63,618 nucleotides of DNA from Candidatus Tayloriibacteriota bacterium (GTDB taxonomy: Bacteria; Patescibacteriota; Minisyncoccia; Phycocordibacterales; PALSA-1337): the NCBI GenBank assembly GCA_037130865.1, contig JBAXSG010000003.1:1-63618 (forward strand), read 5' to 3'. The position numbers and the translations under genes are program-made. How positions within the stretch are numbered: the first letter of the stretch is position 1; each line of letters opens with the position of its first letter. Shown here one piece after another: positions 38,458-47,249 of this stretch. The notes beneath the pieces are model-generated. The model was not told where the DNA came from, did no database searches, and worked only from the letters and a program-made list of their open reading frames with translations.

Positions 38458-39462
38458 CTATTTCCCCTTCTTGGCATCAAAAGATTTCCTATCTTTTTCA
38501 TCGAAACCACCGGCGACAGTCATCTTGGCTTTCAAAGGTGGGTGTGGGTCATAATCCGTAAGTGTGACCATCTCTGGTCTGAAGCTGGCTAGATCTTTTA
38601 TATCATCACTCAAGACAAGTTTTGGAAAAGGTTTAGGTGTTCTTTGTATCTGTTCTTTCACTTGATCAAAATGGTCATGATATATGTGAGCATCACCAAG
38701 GGTATGTATAAACTCTCCTGGTTCATATCCGCAAATCTTAGCGACGATCATAGTAAGAGCAGCGTAACTGGCTATGTTAAATGGAACGCCAAGGAACATA
38801 TCGCATGATCGCTGATATAGAAGACATGAAAGCTTATTTCCAGAAACATTGAAATGAAAAAGTATATGACAAAGTGGATATGCCAGAGCTTCTCCTGGAT
38901 TGGCCATAGCGTAGAGAAATTGCGGATTCCAAGCTGAGAGGATGGCATGCTTGCGTTCTGGAAGATTCTTCAATGTATCCATAACCCAAGATAGCTGGTC
39001 TATCTTGCGACCATCGGCAGCCGGCCAAGCGCGCCATTGTTCACCATATATGCGAGGAAGTTCTCCATGTGCCTTCGCGAAAGCATCATCGGTTCTAATC
39101 TTCTCCACAAATTCTTCAAGTGTCATCTGCGGCAATCCATCAGGAGCACCTGCGCCTTTGTCGGCTTTTTTCTTGTATATCTTAAAAGGATAATCATTCC
39201 AGATCGGAACTTTATGATCGACTAGATATTTAACATTGGTTTGTCCGGACATGAACCAGTAGAGCTCATGCATAATACTATTCCAAGGAACTTTTTTCGT
39301 AGTGAGTAATGGAAAACCTTTCGATAAATCGAAGCGTATCTGGCGGCCAAAAACGCTGGTAAGTCCGATACCTGTATTGTGATCATGCTTCACCGTGCCA
39401 TTTTCCAGGATATCTTTCAATAAATCCAGATATTGTTGTTCAGGGTGTTTCATTTTATTCAC
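38458..39462 (-). CDS. thyA: Thymidylate synthase (ThyA)
   Basis: 334 aa. QQYLDLLKDILENG, LYQRSCDMFLGVPFNIASYA, with a C-terminal basic extension. Confidence 0.92.
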   Translation of the reverse strand: MNKMKHPEQQYLDLLKDILENGTVKHDHNTGIGLTSVFGRQIRFDLSKGFPLLTTKKVPWNSIMHELYWFMSGQTNVKYLVDHKVPIWNDYPFKIYKKKADKGAGAPDGLPQMTLEEFVEKIRTDDAFAKAHGELPRIYGEQWRAWPAADGRKIDQLSWVMDTLKNLPERKHAILSAWNPQFLYAMANPGEALAYPLCHILFHFNVSGNKLSCLLYQRSCDMFLGVPFNIASYAALTMIVAKICGYEPGEFIHTLGDAHIYHDHFDQVKEQIQRTPKPFPKLVLSDDIKDLASFRPEMVTLTDYDPHPPLKAKMTVAGGFDEKDRKSFDAKKGK

Positions 39463-39472
39463 TAATTATCGC

Positions 39473-40084
39473 TTATTTCTTACTACTCTTACCTACTTTG
39501 GTATCCTTCGTCTTGCTTGGCATCTTCTTTAATTTATCTTCATCTTCTTTCGGATCGACGAAATGTTGCCAATCTCTGCCATGATATCTACCTGTAGTCT
39601 TATAGTCTTTCGTTGGAGTGCTTGATAATTGCGAGAAAAGTATCTGACCAATACGCATTTGCGGTCTGAGTATTATAGGTACATGGTTAAGATTGCAAAG
39701 CTCAAATGTAATGTTAAGAAAATGACCAGGATTTATTATACCGGCAGTATTGTGGATAATAAGTCCAAGACGAGCCAAGCTACTCTTACCGGAAAGGTGT
39801 ATCAAGTATTTATCAGATCCAAAATAATCGACTGAAGTACCAAGTATGCTAATACCTGGGTGTAGAACAAACATTTCGGAATCTCCAATAATAATTTCTT
39901 TTGTCTCTGGAAATATTTTTTTGACTGGATCTATTGCCAATGTCTTTTCTGTATTGCTGACAATAAATTTATTCCCAAGCAAAATATCATAACTAGCTGG
40001 CTGAAGGCGTGCCTCGTCGAAATTATTTATAACTATATCCCCTGCTTCCAAAGCCTTCTTTATGTCTCTGTCTGCTAAAAACAT
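39473..40084 (-). CDS. dcd: dCTP deaminase family protein
   Basis: 203 aa. LADRDIKKALEAGDIVI...RLQPASYDILLG. Confidence 0.85.
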   Translation of the reverse strand: MFLADRDIKKALEAGDIVINNFDEARLQPASYDILLGNKFIVSNTEKTLAIDPVKKIFPETKEIIIGDSEMFVLHPGISILGTSVDYFGSDKYLIHLSGKSSLARLGLIIHNTAGIINPGHFLNITFELCNLNHVPIILRPQMRIGQILFSQLSSTPTKDYKTTGRYHGRDWQHFVDPKEDEDKLKKMPSKTKDTKVGKSSKK

Positions 40085-40122
40085 GTTATTGGTAGATTAA
40101 TTAAATATAAAAACAGTATTGG

Positions 40123-40803
40123 CTATTTTACAGTAAAAGTATTTTCCGTGCCATAATACTCCGGCCAATGCGCATTGTAATAAGCGAACATTCTCTCTAG
40201 ACGATCTTGTGGCAACTCTTCCACACCAAGCTCCTTCATGAAGGCTATAAGCTCTTTGTGAGCCTTGTCGGAATCGGCTTTGTCGGATATCACTTTTTCA
40301 AACTCCACCAAGTATCCATAACCAGCGTTCTTGTCCATGCAGATATGAATATCACCGTCGGCGTATTCTTCTCTGGCACGAGACCATTTAGCTTGATATG
40401 AGCACCCAGCACCAAGTAGAGCTTTGTCTAGCTCTTCCAAGCTCTTCCCTTTCAACTCCGCTTCAAACTCTATTCTCTGAACACCGTTGGCACTAGTATC
40501 GCCTCCTATAGAAGCCTTCAACACCAGGATAACTTTACCATCAGCATCACGGGTCCTAAGAGAGATTTTATTTCCATGTTCAAGAATATTTTTCAAAGAG
40601 TCCTTCTTCTCCGATGGAACCATGTCTATAAGAGCATTTTCCAAAATCTTGAGATCTTTTGCTAGATTGAAATAATGATTCAACTGACGGCCTTCAGATA
40701 CAAGCTTCATTTTTGGTCGCGCAGATTGCAATCTCTTTTTGAATTCCTCCGCAACTTCTTTTGCTCCTAGTAGACTTTTTATTTCTATCTCAAATGAATT
40801 CAT
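40123..40803 (-). CDS. CYTH-domain protein (CyaB/thiamine-triphosphatase-like)
   Basis: 226 aa. N-terminal EIEIK signature and an alternating acidic/basic beta-strand pattern. Confidence 0.6.
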   Translation of the reverse strand: MNSFEIEIKSLLGAKEVAEEFKKRLQSARPKMKLVSEGRQLNHYFNLAKDLKILENALIDMVPSEKKDSLKNILEHGNKISLRTRDADGKVILVLKASIGGDTSANGVQRIEFEAELKGKSLEELDKALLGAGCSYQAKWSRAREEYADGDIHICMDKNAGYGYLVEFEKVISDKADSDKAHKELIAFMKELGVEELPQDRLERMFAYYNAHWPEYYGTENTFTVK

Positions 40804-40901
40804 GGGTTTATTTTAAATGCGTGGTTTAAGTATAATCCAATCATTCTGGGACGCAACGATGACAGACAGGAAAATCCGTATCAAAATGTTATAATAGGAT
40901 T

Positions 40902-41435
40902 ATGATCTGCTTCATCACAGCCGCATTGTCCGCCGATGGATATATAGCCAAAGATTCTGCTCATGCGGCTTTTTGGACCAGCAAAGAAGATAAGAAGCGT
41001 TTTATCGAGATAACCAAGCGTGCCGGTGTAGTTGTAATGGGACTCAATACTTATAAAACCCTAGGCAAGCCCCTCAAAGGCCGTGTAAACATAGTCTATT
41101 CTCCAGATCCAGTCGTCGACGCAGCCGTCGAGTCAAATACCGTGGAGATGGGTAGTTTGGAAGTTACCACTAAACCACCTCGAGAACTTATCCGAGATTT
41201 GGAGGCTCGTGGATTCAAGGAAGTTGCTATCTGTGGTGGTTCTCAAATATATTCAATGTTCATGGAAAGCGGTGTTGTAAGCGAACTCTATCTTACGATC
41301 GAACCGATAGTATTCGGATCTGGCTTGAAGCTTTTCAACAAAGACCTGCATTACCAGCTTACTCTCAAAAGCTTTTCGCAGACTGGCGGCGGTTCCCTAC
41401 TTCTGCATTATCACGTAAATCACGCTGGAACTTAG
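40902..41435 (+). CDS. Dihydrofolate-reductase-family protein (RibD C-terminal-domain type)
   Basis: 177 aa. ALSADGYIA...VVVMGLNTYKTLGKPLKGRVNIVYS...ICGGSQIYSMF. Confidence 0.75.
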   Translation: MICFITAALSADGYIAKDSAHAAFWTSKEDKKRFIEITKRAGVVVMGLNTYKTLGKPLKGRVNIVYSPDPVVDAAVESNTVEMGSLEVTTKPPRELIRDLEARGFKEVAICGGSQIYSMFMESGVVSELYLTIEPIVFGSGLKLFNKDLHYQLTLKSFSQTGGGSLLLHYHVNHAGT

Positions 41436-41467
41436 AGAGTATTAAAAGGAATTAAAATAAATTAAAA

Positions 41468-41505
41468 TCGCCGCGGCTCCCCAAACTCTGGGAACCGCGG
41501 CTTTT
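41468..41505. terminator. Convergent terminator hairpin
   Basis: GCCGCGGCTCCCC-AAACTC-TGGGAACCGCGGC followed by TTTT. Confidence 0.55.
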
Positions 41506-41513
41506 ATCAACGC

Positions 41514-42026
41514 TTATGTTGGCGCAACCTCGGGAGATACTTGCTCAGCTGCTTCGAGTTTCTGACGCTTCTCTACCCATTCAGCTACAGACGCAAATAT
41601 GCCGTCGATAGCAAAATACTTAATCGGATCTGGCATCTCCGTGGCCTTCAGGTCAAATGGACTTGTGCGTCGCTGCCGATAGTACATTAGACAGCTTTCA
41701 ATCCAATTGGAGACACTCCCTTTGTGAGGAACGAATATCCTAATCGGTTTGCGAAGCTCGCAACGCCAGACAATTTCAGACACTAAGTCGTCTTCCATAC
41801 TGTGGTACACGACGACGACCAGATCAGCAGTATTCACATTAGCCAGGACTTTACCGAAGGCATCAGAGGAATTCTCACTTTCTCCGATTACCACACGCCC
41901 CCAATCATGGAGTACCTCCACATTCGACAATGCATTTATTCGTGCACGTAGATTCGTCATACCGACGAAAAAGTTGGCTTGGGTACATCCTGTTGAATAC
42001 GCTAATAATATCTTAATCGTTTTCAA
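41514..42026 (-). CDS. Hypothetical protein (possibly nucleoside 2-deoxyribosyltransferase-like Rossmann fold)
   Basis: 170 aa. The fold guess rests only on the pattern VVVVYHSMEDDLVSEIVWRCELRKPIRIF. Confidence 0.5.
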   Translation of the reverse strand: MKTIKILLAYSTGCTQANFFVGMTNLRARINALSNVEVLHDWGRVVIGESENSSDAFGKVLANVNTADLVVVVYHSMEDDLVSEIVWRCELRKPIRIFVPHKGSVSNWIESCLMYYRQRRTSPFDLKATEMPDPIKYFAIDGIFASVAEWVEKRQKLEAAEQVSPEVAPT

Positions 42027-42136
42027 TCAAATCACCGCCTTTCTTTGGTTAACTTCTGTATTCAACGCTACCACGGTTTTGGGCGCGAAACAAGAAAGCC
42101 CCGACTCATCGCCGGGGCTTTCATTTAAATGAAATA

Positions 42137-42559
42137 TTATTTGACATCAACACCCATAGAGCGGGCTGTACCAGCTACGACTTTCATCGCGGCTTCGACA
42201 TCGTTTGCATTTAGATCTGGAAGTTTCTTCTCGGCGATTTCCTTGAGTTGAGCCTTCGTGAGAGTACCTATCTTGCTCAAATTTGGCTTGCCTGAACCCT
42301 TCTCTTTCTTCAATGCCTTCAAAATAAGACTAGAAGCTGGAGGAGTCTTCAAGACGAAACTGTAAGTACGATCATCGTAAACTGTGATAACAACTGGAAT
42401 AAGATCACCGATCATGTTCTTGGTGGCGTCATTGAACTTCTTTGTGAAGTCACCAATGTTAACGCCGGCCTGACCTAGAGTAGGACCGAGTGGTGGCGCT
42501 GGGGTTGCCTTCCCTGCTGGGGCTATAACCTTGACTGTTTTTATGATTTTCTTTGCCAT
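42137..42559 (-). CDS. rplK: 50S ribosomal protein L11
   Basis: 140 aa. [30 protein letters not shown]. Confidence 0.96.
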   Translation of the reverse strand: MAKKIIKTVKVIAPAGKATPAPPLGPTLGQAGVNIGDFTKKFNDATKNMIGDLIPVVITVYDDRTYSFVLKTPPASSLILKALKKEKGSGKPNLSKIGTLTKAQLKEIAEKKLPDLNANDVEAAMKVVAGTARSMGVDVK

Positions 42560-42581
42560 GATATTGTTGGGTTAGCTTACA

Positions 42582-43127
42582 TTAAACTTTCTTAACTTGC
42601 AAGAAATCTAGCTCAACCGGCGTTTCGCGACCGAACATCGAGACCAAGACCTTGATCTTACCTCTTTGTGTATCAACTTCGCTGACTTTGCCTTCGAAAT
42701 CCTTAAATGGACCGTCGGTTATCTTTATCAAATCACCAGCCGACAAATCTATAGTGTGCTCGATTCCACCCTTCGTCATGCGCGCAAACAATGCATCAAC
42801 TTCTTTTGTTTCAAGAGGAACTGGGTATACTCCTGAACCGACGAAACCAGTAACACGAGGAGTGTTGCGTACTACGTACCAAGAATCATCTGTGACGATC
42901 ATATCCACAAGGACATAACCTGGATATATCTTCTCTTCCTCTTCGGCGCGCTTGCCTCCCTTGATCTTGATCTTTTTTTCTGTTGGAACAATGACGGCGA
43001 AAATCTTGTCATTCATAGCCAGAGAATCAATACGTTGCTTCAAGTTACGAGCCACGGCATTTTCATAGCCAGCATAAGTATGTATGGCGTACCAATTTCT
43101 CTCACCTGTTGTGTGTTGTTTTGACAT
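42582..43127 (-). CDS. nusG: Transcription termination/antitermination factor NusG
   Basis: 181 aa. WYAIHTYAGYENAV, KOW segment GDLIKITDGPFKDFEGKVSEV. Confidence 0.95.
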   Translation of the reverse strand: MSKQHTTGERNWYAIHTYAGYENAVARNLKQRIDSLAMNDKIFAVIVPTEKKIKIKGGKRAEEEEKIYPGYVLVDMIVTDDSWYVVRNTPRVTGFVGSGVYPVPLETKEVDALFARMTKGGIEHTIDLSAGDLIKITDGPFKDFEGKVSEVDTQRGKIKVLVSMFGRETPVELDFLQVKKV

Positions 43128-43150
43128 TTTGATTTAGCGCGTGATTTAGT

Positions 43151-43330
43151 TTAATGGAACAAAAGTGTTAGCAATCTTGAAAATACGAAGTCGGCTATAC
43201 CTAATATCGCTGCAACCGCAACAGATGTAAGTATGACCAAAACGGTAAATCTTATAGTCTGCACACGAGTAGGCCAAGTTACATGGCTCATCTCTATCTT
43301 TGTCTCTCTGAAATAATTTATAATTCCCAT
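43151..43330 (-). CDS. secE: Preprotein translocase subunit SecE
   Basis: 59-aa ORF found by hand (below the ORF-track cutoff): MGIINYFRETKIEMSHVTWPTRVQTIRFTVLVILTSVAVAAILGIADFVFSRLLTLLFH. One TM helix, in the conserved secE-nusG-rplK order. Confidence 0.85.
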   Translation of the reverse strand: MGIINYFRETKIEMSHVTWPTRVQTIRFTVLVILTSVAVAAILGIADFVFSRLLTLLFH

Positions 43331-43644
43331 GTTTTTGATGATTTTGTTTAATGTCGTGGCGCCAGCCCTGCGGCGGCGATTTCTATTAAAAAACCCCTGC
43401 TGGGGTGGTTACGATGAGTATAGTAGCACGAATTGGATAAAAAGCAAATAACTTAAAAATCAACAAAAATACCGTCTTCATGACAGTACTTTTGTTATGC
43501 CTGCTTTCGGCTTAGGAATTCCTTAGCTGAACGGGGCTTACGCCCACAGGCATAATCACAGTATACCAGATCTTGTTTCTAATAGTAATTTCTACTGACG
43601 ATTATTAGCCACAAAATCTCTCCTGAGGTATGGGTACCTACTTT

Positions 43645-43812
43645 AAAACAGCCTTTTAGAAATAATCTATCCACGAGGTACCTAAGCTTAAGCTACACAT
43701 AGGCAACTGTTTAATTGTGACTATTCCGTGCTAATAAACCCAGTAATATATAGGGAGTACCTCGGCTATAAATTATTTCTAAAAGGCTGTTTTGGAGGTG
43801 GGTGTGTCCCGG
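43645..43812 (-). repeat. Hairpin element copy A (MITE-like or structured RNA), directly 3' of the DGR template repeat
   Basis: 22-bp perfect arms AAAACAGCCTTTTAGAAATAAT (43645-43666) / ATTATTTCTAAAAGGCTGTTTT (43772-43793). Inner stem CGAGGTAC / GTACCTCG. ~80% identical to the inverted copy at 61506-61665, including the flank GGA(G/A)GTG..TGTGTCCCG. Confidence 0.8.
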
Positions 43813-43922
43813 CGGCACTCTTGCCGTTTCGGACCGCTTAAATTACCTTTAGATCGATAACGCAATCCATAAACAAAACTCCCTCGAACTGGATATACCC
43901 AGACGAAGGAGAAATGAAAAGA

Positions 43923-44055
43923 TTTGCGGAGAGCGAAGACCCAGTGGTTGTCGCCATTCCAAGACTTGCGAGGCTTCGCGGTGTTCGTGTTCAGCTTGAG
44001 CTCGGCACCATTCCGGTTCAGGTTGAAGACGTTCGGGTTGCCATCACGGTCATTA
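43923..44055 (-). repeat. DGR template repeat (TR)
   Basis: 133-nt ungapped match to 44401-44533. All 18 mismatches are T on the plus strand here (A on the minus/sense strand). Not inside a credible CDS. Confidence 0.9.
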
Positions 44056-44300
44056 TGTATAGGATGCCATCCATGCCACCACCCTTAGAAACCGCACAAT
44101 GGCGATGATCTCGGGGTTGAATCGAATTTGGTATCATAATACCCTAGCATCTATACCAAGTATCTTCATTTTTTGAAGTGTCTACATAAGCCCTCCGTCT
44201 GAAGCCGTAACCGCAGACGCTCTCAGCTTATGGATACTGGATTCGGTAGCCGGAAGCCTTGACCGCCGGCATATTCACCTACTACCACGACTAGTATAAC

Positions 44301-44325
44301 AAAACTGCGCGCCAAAGGCGCGCAG
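44301..44325 (-). terminator. GC-rich hairpin plus T-run downstream of the DGR target gene and VR
   Basis: CTGCGCGCC-AAA-GGCGCGCAG (44305-44325). On the minus strand it is followed by TTTT. It lies ~75 nt 3' of the VR end. Confidence 0.6.
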
Positions 44326-44397
44326 TTAAGAGCAAAGTTCAAAGTGTCAAAGTGCAAAAATGCAAGAACAAAGTGACTGAAGGACTAAGTACTGAAG

Positions 44398-46248
44398 CTA
44401 CTTGCGGAGAGCGAAGACCCAGCGGTAGCCGCCATCCCAAGACCTGCGAGGCTCCGCGGTGCTCGTGTGCAGCCGGAGCTCGGCACCAACCCGGTACAGG
44501 TAGAAGACGTGCGGGTAGCCAGCACGGTCATTAATAGGCTTCATTCCAATAAATGTCCAATCTGATATGGAAGTAACAAGTCTTAATCTTGGTCCAACTT
44601 CCGGAGAACATAATTCCAAACCCATTTCCTCTGCTCTCTTGTAAATCTCCTCTGTAGTCGCGGTATCTGAAAATCCCATATCTTTGACCGTAAGTCTCAC
44701 AAGGTCGACCTGTTCAGTATTCTCCGAAGTTTGGAAATCTCTACTGTCCATCAAATATTTTGCATATGAATAAACCTGGATATTTTTCTCTTTGAGCTCT
44801 TTTTTAAGATTATCTTTCGATTTTCCGCCAATTTCGATATTATATTTCTGGATTTTTCCTTCTGGAAATGAGGTGTAAATGTGCTCGAGGCCACGCTTGA
44901 AGACGCCTGGGAAAAGTTTGCCTATGTAGGCTTTGGTGTTTTCTTTTACATCTTCTGGTGTAACAGCGATCTGGTCTGAAGAACATCCAAGCACGATTGG
45001 CGCGTCTTCTTTTGGATTACGGGTTTTTCTCAACTCAGTAATGCGAGGATCTCTATCGTAACCGAGGCCTTCGATAGTAGCCTCGATTTCGTAAAGGAAA
45101 ATAAGGTCGTCTTTTGTAAATTGTTCACTCTTTTCTTGTTTCTTCGTAAGCTCCGTCATTTTCTTCATATCCGCCGACTTCTTATCGAACTTTTCCCCAC
45201 CTGGCAATGAATGATATTTCTCTGTGGCAACATCTACCAGAGCTGGTTCAAGTTCTTGACGATGATTGACACCCCGGACCTCGGCAACGCTGTCGCCTTC
45301 CATCCTGATGGCAATTCTAGGCTCAGAATAGACGCCCGATTTACCACGAGTGAAATATACCCAGAAATCACCACCTTGGAGATGAGCAGGCGCACTTCCC
45401 TCAGCAGTACACCAACCTGTACCTTTGCCATGCAAAGAATCCTCCAGTTTGTGATAATCCGAACCTTGAGGATATTTCACCCATTCACCTTGAAGCGATT
45501 CACGGTTGAGTGCGCCAGCCGTTTCTATCTGGGCAAATGTGTAGAGTTTTATGAAATCTTTCTTTTCAATAAGATTGGCTAGTTGTTCGCGCCTATCCGG
45601 AGTATTGATGAATTCTTGATGTCCAATACCAGTGGTAAGCATACGGTATACGAAGCCTAGTGCTTCCGAGTTTACTTCAGGAAACGGAGCTATCGTATAG
45701 TCAGTTCTCTTTCCATATTCACCCTTTTCTTTGTCCAATGCCCCCATCTTCTGTAGATTACGGACCACAAAATACCTGAACCATGTCGGATAATGGCCGT
45801 CATTTTCTTCAAGATAGTCCAGCCATGAACCTAAAGTCTTTTCTTGTATATCGTGCTTTTCCTTGGTAAGTCCTTTGTAACGCTCGATGATACCACCTTG
45901 TTCTCCGAGTTCATCATCTATTCTGGCGACATCATTGCCCCTTCCTTGTTCTATTGCTAGCCGTTTTTCGGATTCATAAAGACCGGTAGCAATCTTAGTC
46001 ATGGTTTCTTCATCATCTGTATCTATAACAAACTCTTTTATGATTTTGTTTTTGAGGAGTTCCCAACCGCGTTCATCCTTCACTATACGGTCAAGCCTAT
46101 CCAGATACGCTTGAATACGCTCAGAACGATCATGTGGAGCGAATTTCCTCTCTGGATCGTGCATAGCTTTTTTTACCGCGCGTTCCACGGGTTTTGATCC
46201 CGGCATGTCTGGATATTTTTTGTCTAAGAATTCAGGTTTTTCTGACAT
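44398..46248 (-). CDS. DGR target protein (variable C-terminus), N-terminal region of unknown function
   Basis: 616-aa ORF. The last 44 codons are the VR. The C-terminal ...RSWDGGYRWVFALRK resembles the ends of CLec-fold DGR variable proteins. Confidence 0.85.
   Translation of the reverse strand: MSEKPEFLDKKYPDMPGSKPVERAVKKAMHDPERKFAPHDRSERIQAYLDRLDRIVKDERGWELLKNKIIKEFVIDTDDEETMTKIATGLYESEKRLAIEQGRGNDVARIDDELGEQGGIIERYKGLTKEKHDIQEKTLGSWLDYLEENDGHYPTWFRYFVVRNLQKMGALDKEKGEYGKRTDYTIAPFPEVNSEALGFVYRMLTTGIGHQEFINTPDRREQLANLIEKKDFIKLYTFAQIETAGALNRESLQGEWVKYPQGSDYHKLEDSLHGKGTGWCTAEGSAPAHLQGGDFWVYFTRGKSGVYSEPRIAIRMEGDSVAEVRGVNHRQELEPALVDVATEKYHSLPGGEKFDKKSADMKKMTELTKKQEKSEQFTKDDLIFLYEIEATIEGLGYDRDPRITELRKTRNPKEDAPIVLGCSSDQIAVTPEDVKENTKAYIGKLFPGVFKRGLEHIYTSFPEGKIQKYNIEIGGKSKDNLKKELKEKNIQVYSYAKYLMDSRDFQTSENTEQVDLVRLTVKDMGFSDTATTEEIYKRAEEMGLELCSPEVGPRLRLVTSISDWTFIGMKPINDRAGYPHVFYLYRVGAELRLHTSTAEPRRSWDGGYRWVFALRK
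44401..44533 (-). repeat. DGR variable repeat (VR)
   Basis: See TR. VR peptide NDRAGYPHVFYLYRVGAELRLHTSTAEPRRSWDGGYRWVFALRK versus the TR-encoded NDRDGNPNVFNLNRNGAELKLNTNTAKPRKSWNGDNHWVFALRK. Confidence 0.9.
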
Positions 46249-46286
46249 GATACGATAACAGTATCATACTATCGTTTCGCCCGAAA

Positions 46287-47126
46287 CTACTCTATCTCAT
46301 ACACAATCGTCACATTGCTGGTTATCTTTTGTTCACCAGTTGAGATTTCAGGTGCTACTGCTAGAGCCTTGGATGAGGAAACACCCATTCCCATATCATA
46401 TCTGATCGGATAAGGCATATTTCCTGACTCCGAGAAACTTATAACACGGACAATGCGCACACCTAGAGCTTTCGCCAAGACATTGGCTTTCGATCTAGCC
46501 TGATCTATTGCTATAGCACGAGCTTCAGCCTGTGTTGCCTCCGGCTTATCTACTGAGAATGAAGGTCCGCTGACATTTTGTACTCCATTTGAACCGATGA
46601 GAGTCAGTAGATCGCCGACCTTCTTCAGATCACGAACTTTTATGTTTGTACTCTGACTGACATCATAGCCAGTTATGACTGGGTTAGATGGTGGGCAAAT
46701 ACCATTTGAAGAACAGACACTGCTCTGCTGATATTCATAATGAGGATTGATGTTATAAGAAGTTGTCTGGATATCCTTTTCAGCGACGCCAGATTTCTTG
46801 AGCGCAGCGACAGTAGTATTTACTTTCGTTGTAGCCAGTGTCTGTGCATCAGCTACAGCCTTAGCTGTCTCTGTTACTGTAAATGAAAGTGTGGCAATGT
46901 CAGGAATAGCTACAGCATCACCTGTACCATCTACAGATATCGTATGACTCTGTGTTGGATCTGTGCCGACATAGGAGATGGATTTCAATTCTTTAATGGA
47001 AAGCACCACCAAATATATGGCAATTAATATGCCGACAAGCTTCAATACTTTTCGAGGCTTATGGCAGCAGTCTTTTATATCGCAACAATTTTTTGTATCA
47101 CAACAATTTTTTTCTTGTGGGTTCAT
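46287..47126 (-). CDS. SIMPL-domain (DUF541) protein with a Cys-rich N-terminus and a TM anchor
   Basis: 279 aa. NCCDTKNCCDIKDCC, TM LVGILIAIYLVVL, SIMPL-like ...AEARAIAIDQARSKANVLAKALGVRIVRVISFSE. Confidence 0.75.
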   Translation of the reverse strand: MNPQEKNCCDTKNCCDIKDCCHKPRKVLKLVGILIAIYLVVLSIKELKSISYVGTDPTQSHTISVDGTGDAVAIPDIATLSFTVTETAKAVADAQTLATTKVNTTVAALKKSGVAEKDIQTTSYNINPHYEYQQSSVCSSNGICPPSNPVITGYDVSQSTNIKVRDLKKVGDLLTLIGSNGVQNVSGPSFSVDKPEATQAEARAIAIDQARSKANVLAKALGVRIVRVISFSESGNMPYPIRYDMGMGVSSSKALAVAPEISTGEQKITSNVTIVYEIE

Positions 47127-47203
47127 AATATGTAAGACGTTAGTTTAATAATGTCATTACATTTTAGCATATATACAAAAATCTTTTCATAAGATAAAAA
47201 CAT

Positions 47204-47236
47204 CCGGCAGGGAGGATTTTCTCCCTGCCGGTTTTT
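47204..47236. terminator. Terminator hairpin after the small Cys-rich ORF
   Basis: CCGGCAGGGAG-GATTTT-CTCCCTGCCGG flanked by an A-run and a T-run. Confidence 0.6.
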
Positions 47237-47249
47237 GTTAGTAATAGAC

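Noticed and set aside
38000-38460. Possible tmRNA, RNase P RNA or SRP RNA in the thyA-glyA spacer
   Set aside because: GGGGATGTAAAAAAGGATC resembles a tmRNA 5' end, but no matching acceptor 3' strand, T arm or plausible tag ORF is present. The RNase P CR-I GAGGAAAGUCC and CR-V ACAGAANCCGGCUUA blocks and the SRP GGAA/AGCAGC motif are all absent.
43914-44108. 64-aa plus-strand ORF overlapping the DGR template repeat
   Set aside because: It is the antisense reading of the TR. The TR-VR homology and adenine pattern are on the minus strand, and the ORF has no SD and no independent support.
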